A program made the position numbers and the translations under genes. Below, in pieces: positions 36,919 to 48,349 of a stretch of 63,235 nt of DNA. This stretch comes from Candidatus Krumholzibacteriia bacterium (GTDB taxonomy: Bacteria > Krumholzibacteriota > Krumholzibacteriia > WVZY01 > JAKEHA01), in assembly GCA_036273975.1 (NCBI GenBank), contig DASUGO010000103.1:1-63235 (forward strand). Direction: 5' to 3'. A model generated the notes under the pieces. It worked only from the letters and a program-made list of their open reading frames with translations. It was not told the DNA's origin and made no database searches. The number at the start of each line of letters is the position of its first letter. The first letter of the stretch is position 1.

Positions 36919-38715
36919 ATGATGAAGCAAATGCGTGAGAACACCAAGATCATCCTCTGGGTGGTGGTCGTGGCGTTCGTGATCACGATCTTCGCCGTGT
37001 GGGGACTCGATCTCCAGTCCGGCGGCATGACCAAACAGCAGAACCTGGTCGGCCGCGTGAACGGAATCCCCGTCACCCCACAGGCGTACCAGTCGATCTA
37101 CACGCAGCTGGCGCAGCAGTTCCGCGCGTCGGCCGACAACGCCGACCTCACCAGCGCGCAGCAGGAGATGCTCCGCGACCGCGCGTGGGAAAGCATCGTG
37201 AGCAACATCATCACCTCGGAACAGATCGAACGCCTCGGGATCAGCGTCAGCGACGAGGAGATTCTCAACTTCATCCGCACGTCGCCCCCGCCGGAGGTGC
37301 AGCAGTACTTCCGGGACGCCAACGGCAACTTTGACTTCGCCGCGTACCAGTCCGCGCTCAACAACCCCGACGCCGACTGGACCGCCGTGGAGGACCTGGC
37401 CCGGCAGCGCATACCGGTGCTCAAGCTCAACCAGTACCTGATGTCGCAGGTGCACGTGTCCACCGCCGAGGTGCGGCATGCGTTCGACGAGGAGACCGTC
37501 AAGCTCGTCGCGCGCTACGTCGCGTTCCCGATCGACCAGGAAGACGTCGGCGGCTGGGAACCGTCGGAAAGCGATATCGCCGCCTACTACGACAAGCACA
37601 CCGACCGCTTCCGCCAGCCCGAGAAGGCGGCGCTGCAGATCGTCCGCATCCCGCGACTTCCGGCGGACCGTGACCGCTCCGACCTCGATTACACCGCGGC
37701 ACTCGTGCAGAAGCAGGCGGCGGGCGGCGAAGACTTTGCGACGCTCGCGAAGACCTACTCGGAATCGCACACCGCGTCCGTCGGCGGCGAGACCGGTTTC
37801 CTCGGCGGCAACCAGCGCGACGCCGCGGTGATGGAGGCGCTCCCGGCCATGAAGCCGGGACAGGTCAGCGAGCCGATTCCGACCAAGGACGGCGTCTACA
37901 TCGTCCAGATGATCGATTCGAAAAAGGAAAAGGGCGAGACGAAGTACAACATGCGCGAGATCTACATGAAGCTGTCGGCCGGACCCGAGACGGTGGACTC
38001 GCTGTCGGCCGTCGCGCGCGACATCGAGGAACAGGCCACGGCCAGCGGCGACCTGGCCGCGGCCGCCAACGCGCGCGGCGTGGAAGTCATCACCGCCGAA
38101 CCCTTCGCGCAGGGGATGCCGGTCCCGGGTCTCGGATTTTCGCCGGCGGTTTCGCGCTTTGCGTTCTCGGGCACCGTGGGCGCGATCAGCAACGTCATCG
38201 CGGATGACGCCGCGTTCTACGTGTGCAAGCTGGTCAGCCGCACGCCACCGTCGTCGCGCCCCCTTGCAGAGGTGACCGACGCGATCAGGCAGACGCTGGT
38301 GCGCGACAAGAAGGTCAGTTCGGCGATGCTGAAAGCCAATGCCTTCCGCCGCTCCGCGGTGGTGCCGGAGGTGCCCTTCGAGAAGGTCGCGGCGCAGTAC
38401 GGCTACACGATCGCCAAAACGGATTCCTTCACCGCGGTGCAGCCGGTTGCCGATCAGGGTCCTCGCAGCCCGTTTGCGCTCGCCGCGCTTTCCACACCGG
38501 CCGGGGGGGTCTCACCGGCGGTCGAGAGCGGCAACGCGGTCTACGTGATCCGCGTGGACGGCCGCAAGGATCCGGAGGAAGCCCTGTTCCAGGCGCGCGC
38601 GCCGCAGATCCGCGACGCGATGTACCGCGAGCGCGTGCAGGCCTACGTCGAGCACTGGTACGCGCAGTTGCGCGAAAAGAGCACCATCGAGGACTTCCGC
38701 GACCAGGTCCTCTAG
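36919..38715 (+). CDS. PpiD/SurA-like periplasmic chaperone / peptidyl-prolyl isomerase
   Basis: 598 aa. N-terminal anchor IILWVVVVAFVITIFAVWGL, a SurA_N-like region, and a parvulin-like segment SESHTASVGGETGFLG...PGQVSEPIPTKDGVYIV. Confidence 0.8.
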   Translation: MMKQMRENTKIILWVVVVAFVITIFAVWGLDLQSGGMTKQQNLVGRVNGIPVTPQAYQSIYTQLAQQFRASADNADLTSAQQEMLRDRAWESIVSNIITSEQIERLGISVSDEEILNFIRTSPPPEVQQYFRDANGNFDFAAYQSALNNPDADWTAVEDLARQRIPVLKLNQYLMSQVHVSTAEVRHAFDEETVKLVARYVAFPIDQEDVGGWEPSESDIAAYYDKHTDRFRQPEKAALQIVRIPRLPADRDRSDLDYTAALVQKQAAGGEDFATLAKTYSESHTASVGGETGFLGGNQRDAAVMEALPAMKPGQVSEPIPTKDGVYIVQMIDSKKEKGETKYNMREIYMKLSAGPETVDSLSAVARDIEEQATASGDLAAAANARGVEVITAEPFAQGMPVPGLGFSPAVSRFAFSGTVGAISNVIADDAAFYVCKLVSRTPPSSRPLAEVTDAIRQTLVRDKKVSSAMLKANAFRRSAVVPEVPFEKVAAQYGYTIAKTDSFTAVQPVADQGPRSPFALAALSTPAGGVSPAVESGNAVYVIRVDGRKDPEEALFQARAPQIRDAMYRERVQAYVEHWYAQLREKSTIEDFRDQVL

Positions 38716-38745
38716 TCCGCTCCGCGACAAATAAGGAAGAGAAAC

Positions 38746-38778
38746 AAAAAAGCCCGGCCGCATGGCCGGGCTTTTTTT
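38746..38778. terminator. bidirectional rho-independent terminator between ppiD-like (+) and tatA (-)
   Basis: AAAAA-AGCCCGGCC-gcat-GGCCGGGCT-TTTTTT. The stem is a perfect 9 bp, with an A-run on one side and a T-run on the other. Confidence 0.8.
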
Positions 38779-38809
38779 ATTCCCGCGGTGGACCCTTCGG
38801 CCCGGTTGA

Positions 38810-39013
38810 CTATTCGTCCTTCTTCTCCGGCGGCTTGGTGGCACCCTCGATTTCTTCGCGGGCCTCCTGCGTTGCCGCGCGGAACTTGCGAATGGATTTC
38901 CCCAGCGCCTCCGCGAAATCGGGCAGGCGGCGCGGTCCAAAAATCAGAAGAACAATCACGAGGATGATGACCAGCTCATTCCAGCCGATCGGCCCCAGAA
39001 ATCCGAATACCAT
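38810..39013 (-). CDS. tatA: twin-arginine translocase subunit TatA/E
   Basis: 67 aa; IGWNELVIILVIVLLIFGPRRLPDFAEALGKSIRKFR. GGAGGAG lies upstream. Confidence 0.92.
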   Translation of the reverse strand: MVFGFLGPIGWNELVIILVIVLLIFGPRRLPDFAEALGKSIRKFRAATQEAREEIEGATKPPEKKDE

Positions 39014-39027
39014 GACTCCTCCGGGCG

Positions 39028-39300
39028 CTACCAGGTGTAGCGCAGGAACACGAACACGACAAAGATGCCGAGTACACTCATGAGGTTCACACGCAGCGAA
39101 AAGCCGACCGTAAAACTAAAGACCACCAGGTCGACGTGAACCGGTCCCACGTGCAGGTCGGTGGCGTTGACGAACACGTCACGGATGACCTTCCCTTCCG
39201 GGAGCACGAGACCGATCGCCTCTCCGGTGACCGTTCCCACAACGATCCCCAGAAAGAGTATCAGCGCTACCAGCGCGAGCGGCCGTCTACGTGGGGACAC
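39028..39300 (-). CDS. DUF4321-like small membrane protein
   Basis: 90 aa with two hydrophobic helices flanking GEAIGLVLPEGKVIRDVF...VGPVHVDL. Confidence 0.55.
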   Translation of the reverse strand: MSPRRRPLALVALILFLGIVVGTVTGEAIGLVLPEGKVIRDVFVNATDLHVGPVHVDLVVFSFTVGFSLRVNLMSVLGIFVVFVFLRYTW

Positions 39301-39366
39301 CGGAGCCTCCTGTGGATGAATCGCGGATGAGGATAGGCGAGCCGCCGCCCCTCGCCAAGCGGGATT

Positions 39367-39807
39367 TCACTCGACACCCAGACGCAGGCGCGAATAATCG
39401 GCGCCCAGGATGATCTCGGCGTCCGCGTCGGCGTCCTTGCGCAGCTGGCGGGTCACCTTGCGGCAGCCGATACGCTCCGCCAGCCCCTTCACGTCGACCT
39501 CCCGGCGCCGGACCACGAGGATGGTCTCGCCGTAATCGAACCGCTCGGCGTTCCCGACCTCGACCACCACCACCCCCATCTCCCGGAGCGCCTTCTCGGC
39601 TTCGCCCGCCACACCCGCCACCCCGCTGCCGTTGCGAATGACCACCCGCAGCGGTTCCGAACTGTCGCCGGATTTCCGGACGAACAGGCTGAAGGTCACC
39701 GAGGAGGCGCACAGCACCAGCACCACCGCCGCCAGGGCCACCGCGATGCGCTGTCCGATCCCGCCGCCTTTGCGGCGCCGGGCCCGCCGCTTCTTCTTCG
39801 CCGCCAT
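39367..39807 (-). CDS. LytR_C-domain membrane-anchored protein
   Basis: 146 aa. Basic N-terminus plus a TM segment, then VVIRNGSGVAGVAGEAEKALREMG...GADYSRL. Confidence 0.6.
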   Translation of the reverse strand: MAAKKKRRARRRKGGGIGQRIAVALAAVVLVLCASSVTFSLFVRKSGDSSEPLRVVIRNGSGVAGVAGEAEKALREMGVVVVEVGNAERFDYGETILVVRRREVDVKGLAERIGCRKVTRQLRKDADADAEIILGADYSRLRLGVE

Positions 39808-39828
39808 TTTCCGCCCCCTTCCGGCTCG

Positions 39829-40314
39829 TCAGTCTTCGCGCAGCGCCTTGAGCAGGCGCTCGTAGGTGTCATTCAGATCTTCCGACACCACCCGCGTCTC
39901 CCCGACGGAAGACATGAAATTGGTGTCACCGTGCCAGCGCGGCACCAGGTGCATGTGAAAGTGTCCTTCGATGCCGGCGCCCGCGCTGCGCCCGAGGTTC
40001 GCGCCCACGTTGACGCCATCCGGCGAGTAGGCGCGCCCGATGGCGCGCTCGCAGCGCGCCATCAGATGGACCAGCTCCGCGGCTTCGTCGCCATCGAAGT
40101 CGCTGATGCGGTCGACGTGCCGGTTGCATACCACCATCACATGACCGGTGGTATACGGGAAGCGGTTGATGACCACGAACCAGCGCGTGCCGCGCTCCAG
40201 AATGAAGTGCTCGCGTTCGCCCGGCGCCGACGCAAAGCGGCAGAAGAGACAGCCCTGTTCGTGTTCACCCATCAGGTATGCCGACCTCCAGGGAGCGTAC
40301 AACCGCCCCATCAT
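39829..40314 (-). CDS. HIT-family nucleotide hydrolase/phosphorylase
   Basis: 161 aa with the histidine triad GHFHMHLVPRW. An ATGA overlap joins it to the upstream gene. Confidence 0.85.
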   Translation of the reverse strand: MMGRLYAPWRSAYLMGEHEQGCLFCRFASAPGEREHFILERGTRWFVVINRFPYTTGHVMVVCNRHVDRISDFDGDEAAELVHLMARCERAIGRAYSPDGVNVGANLGRSAGAGIEGHFHMHLVPRWHGDTNFMSSVGETRVVSEDLNDTYERLLKALRED

Positions 40315-41057
40315 GACGCGTCGTCCACGAAGCGCCGGACCGCTTCCAGCTCGTCCGGGTTGTTCACCCCGGCGACCTCGCGCGGATCGTCCACCCGGTA
40401 CGCGGCCACCGGGCGCCCCTCGGCGTGCAGCAGCCCGATCACATCGGTCAGGTAGTATTCGTTCTGGGAGTTGCCACGCGTCAGACGCCCGAGCGCGGGA
40501 AACAACTCCGCCGCTTCAAAACAGAACAGTCCGGAGTTGATCTCGCGGATCGCCCGCTCATCGGGGGTTGCGTCGCGGTGCTCGACGATGCGCGCGAGCC
40601 CGCCGGTCTCGTCGCGCACGATGCGGCCGTAGCCGGACGGGTCGTCGAGTTCGGCGGTCAACACGGTGGCCGCGCTGCCGGAATTCCGGTGGTGCGCGAT
40701 GAACGCCGCGACGGTTTCGCTGCGCAGGCCGGGAACGTCGCCGTTGAGAACCACGACCGTGCCCGCAAATGACGCGAGGAGCGGTGCGGTCTGCATCACC
40801 GCGTGGCCGGTGCCCAGCTGCTGATCCTGCCGGGCAAATTCAACCCCGCTCGCGCGGCACGCCGTCTCCACCCGCTCCGCCTGATAGCCCGTCACCACCA
40901 CCACGCGCGCGGGCGACAGGCGCCGCACGCGGTCGATCACGTGCAGCAGCATGGGGCGCCCGCCGATGGCGTGCAGCACCTTGGGCAGATCGGAGTTCAT
41001 CCGCTTGCCCTGCCCGGCGGCAAGAATAACGACGGCGAGTTGGTTGTGGTCCGGCAC
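40311..41057 (-). CDS. stand-alone GlmU-type N-terminal sugar-1-phosphate nucleotidyltransferase domain (no LbH acetyltransferase domain)
   Basis: The track ORF runs to 41360, inside panC. GTG at 41057 gives MPDHNQLAVVILAAGQGKRM...LPKVLH...QLGTGHAV...NGDVP...YYLTDV. An alternative start is ATG at 41114. Confidence 0.75.
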   Translation of the reverse strand: MPDHNQLAVVILAAGQGKRMNSDLPKVLHAIGGRPMLLHVIDRVRRLSPARVVVVTGYQAERVETACRASGVEFARQDQQLGTGHAVMQTAPLLASFAGTVVVLNGDVPGLRSETVAAFIAHHRNSGSAATVLTAELDDPSGYGRIVRDETGGLARIVEHRDATPDERAIREINSGLFCFEAAELFPALGRLTRGNSQNEYYLTDVIGLLHAEGRPVAAYRVDDPREVAGVNNPDELEAVRRFVDDAS

Positions 41058-41070
41058 GTGCGAAAATCCG

Positions 41071-41952
41071 TCAGAAAAGCGGCACGTCGGAACGAACCGG
41101 CCGTGCGGCAACATCGAATACCATATTGTCGATGAGTCGCGTCGCGCCCACGCGCGCCGCGATCGCCAGTATAACGCGCCCTTCGGCGTGCTCCAAAGCG
41201 GAAAGATCGTCCGCGCGGCGCAGCTCGGCGTACTCGACGCTCCGGATACCCCGCGCCTCCAGCGTCGCGCGCGCGGCGGCCTCGACCGTGCGCGCGGCGC
41301 GCTCCCCCGCCTCCAACCGCTCGCGCGCGGCCGACAACGCGACGAACACCCCGGCGGCACGGGCGCGCTCCGGCGGGGACAGATAGGCGTTGCGGGAACT
41401 CATCGCGAGCCCGTCGGGTTCGCGCACCGTCGGCACCGCGGCGATATCCACCGGCAGGTTGAACTGGCGCGTCATCGCGCGCACGATGAGCGCCTGCTGC
41501 GCGTCCTTCTGGCCGAAGACCGCAACGTCGGGCTGGACGATCGCGAACAACTTGCCGACCACGGTCGCAACCCCTCGGAAGTGACCCGGGCGGAACGGGC
41601 CGCACAGCGGACCCGCCAGCGGACCCGGGTCGACCCACACCGTCTGCGGCTCCGGATACATGACCGCGGGAGCCGGGGTGAATACCGCGTCGCATTGCCA
41701 CGCCTCCAGCCGCGCGAGGTCGGCGTCGAGCAGGCGCGGATAGGCGTCCAGGTCTTCGCCGGCTCCGAACTGGGTGGGATTGACGAAAATCGAGCACACG
41801 GTGAGTGACCCGGGCACCGCGCGCGCCGCCGCGATGCAGGCACCGTGGCCGGCGTGCAGCGCCCCCATCGTCGGCACGAACGCAAGCCGGCGCCCCGCCC
41901 GCGCGGCCGCGAGGTGGCGGCGCAGCGGCGCAATTTCCGTAAAAACGTGCAT
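41071..41952 (-). CDS. panC: pantoate-beta-alanine ligase
   Basis: 293 aa; AFVPTMGALHAGH and FGQKDAQQ. Confidence 0.95.
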   Translation of the reverse strand: MHVFTEIAPLRRHLAAARAGRRLAFVPTMGALHAGHGACIAAARAVPGSLTVCSIFVNPTQFGAGEDLDAYPRLLDADLARLEAWQCDAVFTPAPAVMYPEPQTVWVDPGPLAGPLCGPFRPGHFRGVATVVGKLFAIVQPDVAVFGQKDAQQALIVRAMTRQFNLPVDIAAVPTVREPDGLAMSSRNAYLSPPERARAAGVFVALSAARERLEAGERAARTVEAAARATLEARGIRSVEYAELRRADDLSALEHAEGRVILAIAARVGATRLIDNMVFDVAARPVRSDVPLF

Positions 41953-41961
41953 GGGACGGGA

Positions 41962-42786
41962 TTACTCCGAAGAATAGCTCTGATCGAGATCCGGGAAACG
42001 CCCCGCCTTGACGTCGGCGACGTAGGCCTCGACGGCCTCCGCCATCAGCCGGCCGACTTCCGCGTAGCGCTTCACAAAGCGCGGCGCAAAATCGCCGCTC
42101 ATGCCGAGCATGTCGTTGATGACCAGTACCTGGCCGTCGCAGTGCGGACCGGCTCCGATTCCGATGGTGGGGATGGATACCGCCGTGGTGATCCGCTGCG
42201 CCAGCTGCCACGGCATTCCCTCGAGCACGATCGCAAAGCACCCGCACGTTTCCAGAAGGCGCGCGTCCTCCACCAGCAATTCCGCCGCGGCCGCCTCGCG
42301 CCCCTGCACCCGGTATCCGCCGAACTGGTGCACCGACTGCGGCGTGAGCCCGAGGTGGCCCATCACCGGAATCGCCGCATCCAGAATGGCGCGGATCACC
42401 GGCTCCATGCGGCGGCCGCCCTCCAGCTTGACCGCCTCGGCGCCACCCTCCTTGAGCATGCGGCCGGCGTTGCGAACCGCATCGGATGCGCCCGCCTGAT
42501 AGGTCATGAAAGGCAGATCGCCAACGAGCAGCGCGCGCGGGTGCGCGCGCGCCACCGCACGTGTATGATGGATGACCTCGTCCAGCGTCACCGGGATGGT
42601 ATTTTCGTACCCGAGTACGACGTTCGCCACGCTGTCGCCCACCAGGATCACGTCGACCCCGCATCGATCCTCGAGCAGCGCCATCGGGTGGTCGTACGCG
42701 GTCAGCGTTGCGATTTTCTCACCGCGCCGCTTCATGTCGGCCAGAGACTGCACCGTGACCTTGGGGCGTGTCACCGCGACTCCCAC
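41962..42786 (-). CDS. panB: 3-methyl-2-oxobutanoate hydroxymethyltransferase
   Basis: 274 aa; LTAYD...ILVGDS...KLEGG. Confidence 0.95.
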   Translation of the reverse strand: MGVAVTRPKVTVQSLADMKRRGEKIATLTAYDHPMALLEDRCGVDVILVGDSVANVVLGYENTIPVTLDEVIHHTRAVARAHPRALLVGDLPFMTYQAGASDAVRNAGRMLKEGGAEAVKLEGGRRMEPVIRAILDAAIPVMGHLGLTPQSVHQFGGYRVQGREAAAAELLVEDARLLETCGCFAIVLEGMPWQLAQRITTAVSIPTIGIGAGPHCDGQVLVINDMLGMSGDFAPRFVKRYAEVGRLMAEAVEAYVADVKAGRFPDLDQSYSSE

Positions 42787-43454
42787 GACGGCACGTAGAA
42801 CTCCGTGTTGACCACCGCTTCGGTGAGCCGCGACACGAGATCCATGAAGTGGCGTTCGTCGTTGACGAAGTCCATCGCGTCCGTGTTGACCACCAGCAAC
42901 GGACCCGCCGAGTAGTTGAAGAAGAAGTGGTTGAAGGCGTCGTTGAGCGCGTCGAGGTAGTCCCGCGACAACGGGCGCTCGAAGCCCCGTCCGCGCGCCT
43001 GGATGCGGTCGAACAGCACCTGGCTCGACGCCTGCAGGTAGATGGCGAGATCGGGCGGCCGCACCTTGGCCTCCAGTTCGCGCGCGACGCGCTCGTACAG
43101 CGCGAGTTCGTCGTCGCTCAGGTTGACGTTGGCGAATATCCGGTCGCGGGCAAATACGTAGTCGAACACGGTCAGCTCGGCAAACAGATCGTTCTGGTTG
43201 AGCTGCAGCTGCTGCTTGTAGCGGTTCATCAGAAAGACGAGCTGGGTCTGAAACGCATACGCGCCCGCGTCTTCGTAGAAGCGCTCGAGGAAGGGGTTGT
43301 CGTCGACGCGGTCTTCGACCATGCGGCCGCCCAGACGCTTCACCATCAGACGGGCCAGCGACGTCTTGCCGACGCCGATATTGCCCTCGATGGCGATGCG
43401 CGCAAAACCGCGCTGCCGGATTCCCCGACGAATGTCGGCGTAGCTCGCGTCCAC
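42771..43454 (-). CDS. deoxynucleoside kinase family protein
   Basis: 227 aa with the P-loop IAIEGNIGVGKTSL and the motifs NPFLERFY and FQTQLVFL. Confidence 0.85.
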   Translation of the reverse strand: MDASYADIRRGIRQRGFARIAIEGNIGVGKTSLARLMVKRLGGRMVEDRVDDNPFLERFYEDAGAYAFQTQLVFLMNRYKQQLQLNQNDLFAELTVFDYVFARDRIFANVNLSDDELALYERVARELEAKVRPPDLAIYLQASSQVLFDRIQARGRGFERPLSRDYLDALNDAFNHFFFNYSAGPLLVVNTDAMDFVNDERHFMDLVSRLTEAVVNTEFYVPSWESR

Positions 43455-43455
43455 A

Positions 43456-43965
43456 TCAACCCCGCGTGACCGTCGACCATCCGCCCACCCGGATCACCGA
43501 TCCGGCGCCGGGCAAAGCGTCCACAAGTTCGTCGATCGAGCGGCCCGTTTTCGGACAGCGAAAGTCCGGCGCGATTTCCCGCAACGGAACCAGCACGAAC
43601 GCGCGCCGGTGGAAGCGCGGGTGTGGCAGCACGAGGTCCGGTGTCTCCAGAACCTCGTTACCCCAGGTGACGAGGTCCAGATCGATCTCCCTCGATTCCC
43701 CGTGACCGCCACGGCGCCCCGCAAACGCCTCGATCGACTTCAACCGCTGTAGCAAATCGACCGGACTTAGTAAAGCCGCAACTTCGGCAACCGCGTTGAG
43801 GAAGCGCGGCGCGCCCGGAATATCCTCGGGGTCGGACTCGTAGAGGCCGCTCACGCGCACGACACGCCCGGCGCGGCGCGCCTGCAACTGGCGCACGGCC
43901 TTCAGGATGGATTCTTCGCGCCGGCCCAGGTTGGCACCGAGCGCCACAAAAGCGGTGGGGAGCAT
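43456..43965 (-). CDS. folK: 2-amino-4-hydroxy-6-hydroxymethyldihydropteridine diphosphokinase
   Basis: 169 aa; VALGANLG...SGLYESDP...IDLDLV...LPHPR. Confidence 0.92.
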   Translation of the reverse strand: MLPTAFVALGANLGRREESILKAVRQLQARRAGRVVRVSGLYESDPEDIPGAPRFLNAVAEVAALLSPVDLLQRLKSIEAFAGRRGGHGESREIDLDLVTWGNEVLETPDLVLPHPRFHRRAFVLVPLREIAPDFRCPKTGRSIDELVDALPGAGSVIRVGGWSTVTRG

Positions 43966-44008
43966 CGAACCCCTTCCGGCCCAGGGCGGCGGGCGGCGCG
44001 GCGCCGCG

Positions 44009-44380
44009 TCACAGCATGGGCGCTTCGCGAACCAGGCAGACTTCGACGTGTGAGAGGTTGTTGGGAAACGGCAGGTTCAACTTGCGCAGGCGAATCTCGA
44101 CGCGGGACACCGGGAATGCGGCGATGATCGCCGCGCAGATCTCGTCGCCCAGCGCCTCGAGCAGCCGGTAGCGCTTCTCGCCACCGACCACTTCCATGAC
44201 CTTGCTGTAGACGCCCTCGTAGTTGATCGTGTCCTGCAGTGCATCGCTGCGGCACGCCTCCGAGAGGTCACTGTGGATGTCGAGATCGATCTGGATCTTC
44301 TGGCCGACCTCGCGCTCCGCCGGCGAGACGCCGTAGAAGCCGAACACCGTAATGTCCTTCAATCGAATGATGTCAGCCAC
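44009..44380 (-). CDS. folB: dihydroneopterin aldolase
   Basis: 123 aa; FGFYGVSPAEREVGQKIQIDLDI...INYEGVY. Confidence 0.9.
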   Translation of the reverse strand: MADIIRLKDITVFGFYGVSPAEREVGQKIQIDLDIHSDLSEACRSDALQDTINYEGVYSKVMEVVGGEKRYRLLEALGDEICAAIIAAFPVSRVEIRLRKLNLPFPNNLSHVEVCLVREAPML

Positions 44381-44392
44381 GGCGTTGCTGCT

Positions 44393-46030
44393 TTACTGCA
44401 CGGCGCCCGAGACGTCGATCGAAATGACCGCCGGGGTCGCAAGCCCGGTGAAAGCGGGCGCGATCAGCTGGTCGCCCAGTCCCCACGCCGGCGCGAGCGA
44501 CATCGACGCGCGGTAGGCCGCCGCGTCACCGGCCGGCAGCGCCGCCATGAGCGGGATCGGATCGCTGTAGCGGCCCGCGTCCAGATCCAGCAGCTCGAAC
44601 CACGCCTGTCCCGAACGCGTGAGACGGTAAACCATCCACGCGTTGTCGGGCGAAAGCGCGACATCGCGAACCAGGTCGCCCGGGATCGCCTCGTAGCGCA
44701 ACTGCGCGACACCGCCCGCGACGGTGTAGATCTGCTGCCACGACGCGCCGCTGTCCGAATCCTTGTAGGTCGCGACAACCACCAGCACGCTGCCCGAACC
44801 CGACCACGACAGCTCCTGGATCGAGAGCGGAACCCCCGCAACTTCAGAAAGCGTGGCCCCGCCGCTGCTGGTGCTCATCCAGTACAGCACACCGTCGCCG
44901 TTGACCGTCGCCAGAACCGGCGACACCGGGCTCCACGCGCGCATCGGCAGCGCGGGCCGGCTCCCCGCCAGCGTGGACGTGATGGTTCCGCCGGTACTGG
45001 TGAGCTGCACAACACTCGCCGGGTCGACGGTCACGGTGGTTCCGTTTACCGGCATTCCGTAGATCTCCCAGCGGTTCACGCCGCTGCGGTCCGAAATGAA
45101 CGTCAGCCATTTCTGGTCGGTCGAGAAGGTCGGGAAGAAGTTCTTGTGATTGGCATGCGTGAAGGTGGCGCGGATGCGCGCCGGCCCCGCACGCCAGTAG
45201 ATGAAGAGGTCGACCGAATCGAGTGACGCGCTGAACGCGTTGGCAATGTTGCCCTGGAACGCGATCATCGCCCCGTCCGGGGATATGCTGGGATACGCGA
45301 ACTCGTCGCGCCGCGGCTGGTCGACGGCCGCGAGTTCCTTGCTGATGCGCTGCAGCGTCCTCGTGCCGAAGTCGCCCACGTAAATGTGACGCGGGCGCGG
45401 ATTCGCAGACGAAATCGTGAGTGAGTCGGGCACGCGCGTCGCGTGCGCTTCATAACTCAGATCGGCGGCGTACACCAGTTCGAGTCCGGTGGGCCGGACC
45501 GGGTTGACCGCGTCCGAGGACCCGCCGGCATACGCGTACACTTCGACACCGTCGTCAACCTTGGGCGTGCGCCGGTAATAGAAGTCCGTCCCGTTGGCCT
45601 GGAGGGTGATCTGGCCCGCCTCGCCGTTGACCAGCGTCGTAAGGGTGCCAACGAATACGTCGCGCGCGGCACTCGCCGTGTTGGCCGAGTTCGTCGCCTT
45701 GACCGAGACCCGGTAAACGCCGGCCGTCGCCGGTGCGACCCACCGCACGCTTATCTGATTGTCCGTTATGAAGGTGCCACCGTCGGCCGTCCACCTCGTG
45801 GTCGGGATGTCACCCTCGTTCTGCGAACTGGACGTGATGTTCGCGGTGAGGACAACGGTATCCTCCGGCGACACGGCCTTGGGGTTCGCGATAATCTGTT
45901 CCACCTTGAGCGGGGTGGACGGGGTCGACACCGTGTCGTCCTTCTTGTCTTCGCCGCAGGCGGCGAACAGTGCCGCCAGCATGGTGGCGAGACACAGCAA
46001 TCGAACCGAATGTACCGTTTTCAAACGCAA
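44393..46030 (-). CDS. lipoprotein with an Ig-like N-domain and a TolB/PD40-like beta-propeller
   Basis: 545 aa. Lipobox ...MLAALFAAC-GEDKK. PD40-like repeats YPSISPDGAMIAFQG and FPTFSTDQKWLTFISDRSG. The second in-frame TTG at 46024 has better spacing to GGAGG. Confidence 0.7.
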   Translation of the reverse strand: MRLKTVHSVRLLCLATMLAALFAACGEDKKDDTVSTPSTPLKVEQIIANPKAVSPEDTVVLTANITSSSQNEGDIPTTRWTADGGTFITDNQISVRWVAPATAGVYRVSVKATNSANTASAARDVFVGTLTTLVNGEAGQITLQANGTDFYYRRTPKVDDGVEVYAYAGGSSDAVNPVRPTGLELVYAADLSYEAHATRVPDSLTISSANPRPRHIYVGDFGTRTLQRISKELAAVDQPRRDEFAYPSISPDGAMIAFQGNIANAFSASLDSVDLFIYWRAGPARIRATFTHANHKNFFPTFSTDQKWLTFISDRSGVNRWEIYGMPVNGTTVTVDPASVVQLTSTGGTITSTLAGSRPALPMRAWSPVSPVLATVNGDGVLYWMSTSSGGATLSEVAGVPLSIQELSWSGSGSVLVVVATYKDSDSGASWQQIYTVAGGVAQLRYEAIPGDLVRDVALSPDNAWMVYRLTRSGQAWFELLDLDAGRYSDPIPLMAALPAGDAAAYRASMSLAPAWGLGDQLIAPAFTGLATPAVISIDVSGAVQ

Positions 46031-46208
46031 ACCTCCACAACTGGACCGCGTGTCACGAGCTCGGCCGATGGGCTCGCCCGACTCTGTCGCAGGAAACGGA
46101 AACTGGCACCGGGGGTGGGGTTATCCTCCCGGTACGATACCCGCCACCGTCCGGCCGTTCAAGGGATTTTTGTCGGCGGCCGCCCGGGTATTCCCCACCC
46201 ATCCGGGG

Positions 46209-46247
46209 CAAAAAAGAAACGCGCCGCCGGGGATCACCCGGCGGCGC
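46209..46247 (-). terminator. rho-independent terminator after groEL
   Basis: The minus strand reads GCGCCGCCGGG-tgatc-CCCGGCGGCGC followed by GTTTCTTTTTTG. The stem is 11 bp. Confidence 0.8.
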
Positions 46248-46275
46248 GCACGCTCGCCTCGCAGCGAAAGCGATC

Positions 46276-47904
<1,629 letters not shown>

Positions 47905-47937
47905 GGTTTGCCTCCTGTTGGGTTTGCGGATGATTGC

Positions 47938-48222
47938 TTACAGAATTGCGAGGATCTCGTCTTCTTTCATGACGAGATACTTGTCGTCCTCGATCTTGAT
48001 TTCGTTGCCGGCGTACTTGGCAAACAGCACGCGGTCGCCCTTCTTCACTTCGAGCTCCATCCGCTCGCCGTTGTTGGCGCGACGGCCCTTGCCGACCGCC
48101 ACGACCTCGCCCTCCTGCGGGCGCTCCTTGGCCGTGTCGGGGATGATGATGCCGCCCTTCTTCGTCTCTTCCTTCTCCAGGAGACGCACGATCACGCGGT
48201 CTCCGATTGGAATCATCTTCAT
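47938..48222 (-). CDS. groS: co-chaperonin GroES
   Basis: The true start is ATG at 48222 ([33 protein letters not shown]...), with GGAGGG upstream. The 344-aa track ORF is an upstream over-extension. Confidence 0.95.
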   Translation of the reverse strand: MKMIPIGDRVIVRLLEKEETKKGGIIIPDTAKERPQEGEVVAVGKGRRANNGERMELEVKKGDRVLFAKYAGNEIKIEDDKYLVMKEDEILAIL

Positions 48223-48314
48223 GGTTCCCTCCTTCTTCTTCGGTGTGGGAGTCATTGTGTGTCTGGCATCGATAGTGGTTGAAATTTCGTTCGCGGGGCG
48301 ATCGCCCGACGCGG

Positions 48315-48341
48315 TTAGCAGTCGCCGATGGCGAGTGCTAA
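48315..48341. promoter_or_regulatory. CIRCE operator (HrcA binding site) upstream of groES
   Basis: TTAGCAGTC-N9-GAGTGCTAA, against the consensus TTAGCACTC-N9-GAGTGCTAA (one mismatch). It lies about 95 nt upstream of groES. Confidence 0.85.
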
Positions 48342-48349
48342 CAGAGGTT

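Noticed and set aside
46100-46125. TGGCAC on the plus strand as a second sigma-54 promoter
   Set aside because: It is followed by cggggGTGG, not TTGC. It also points away from the only nearby gene start.
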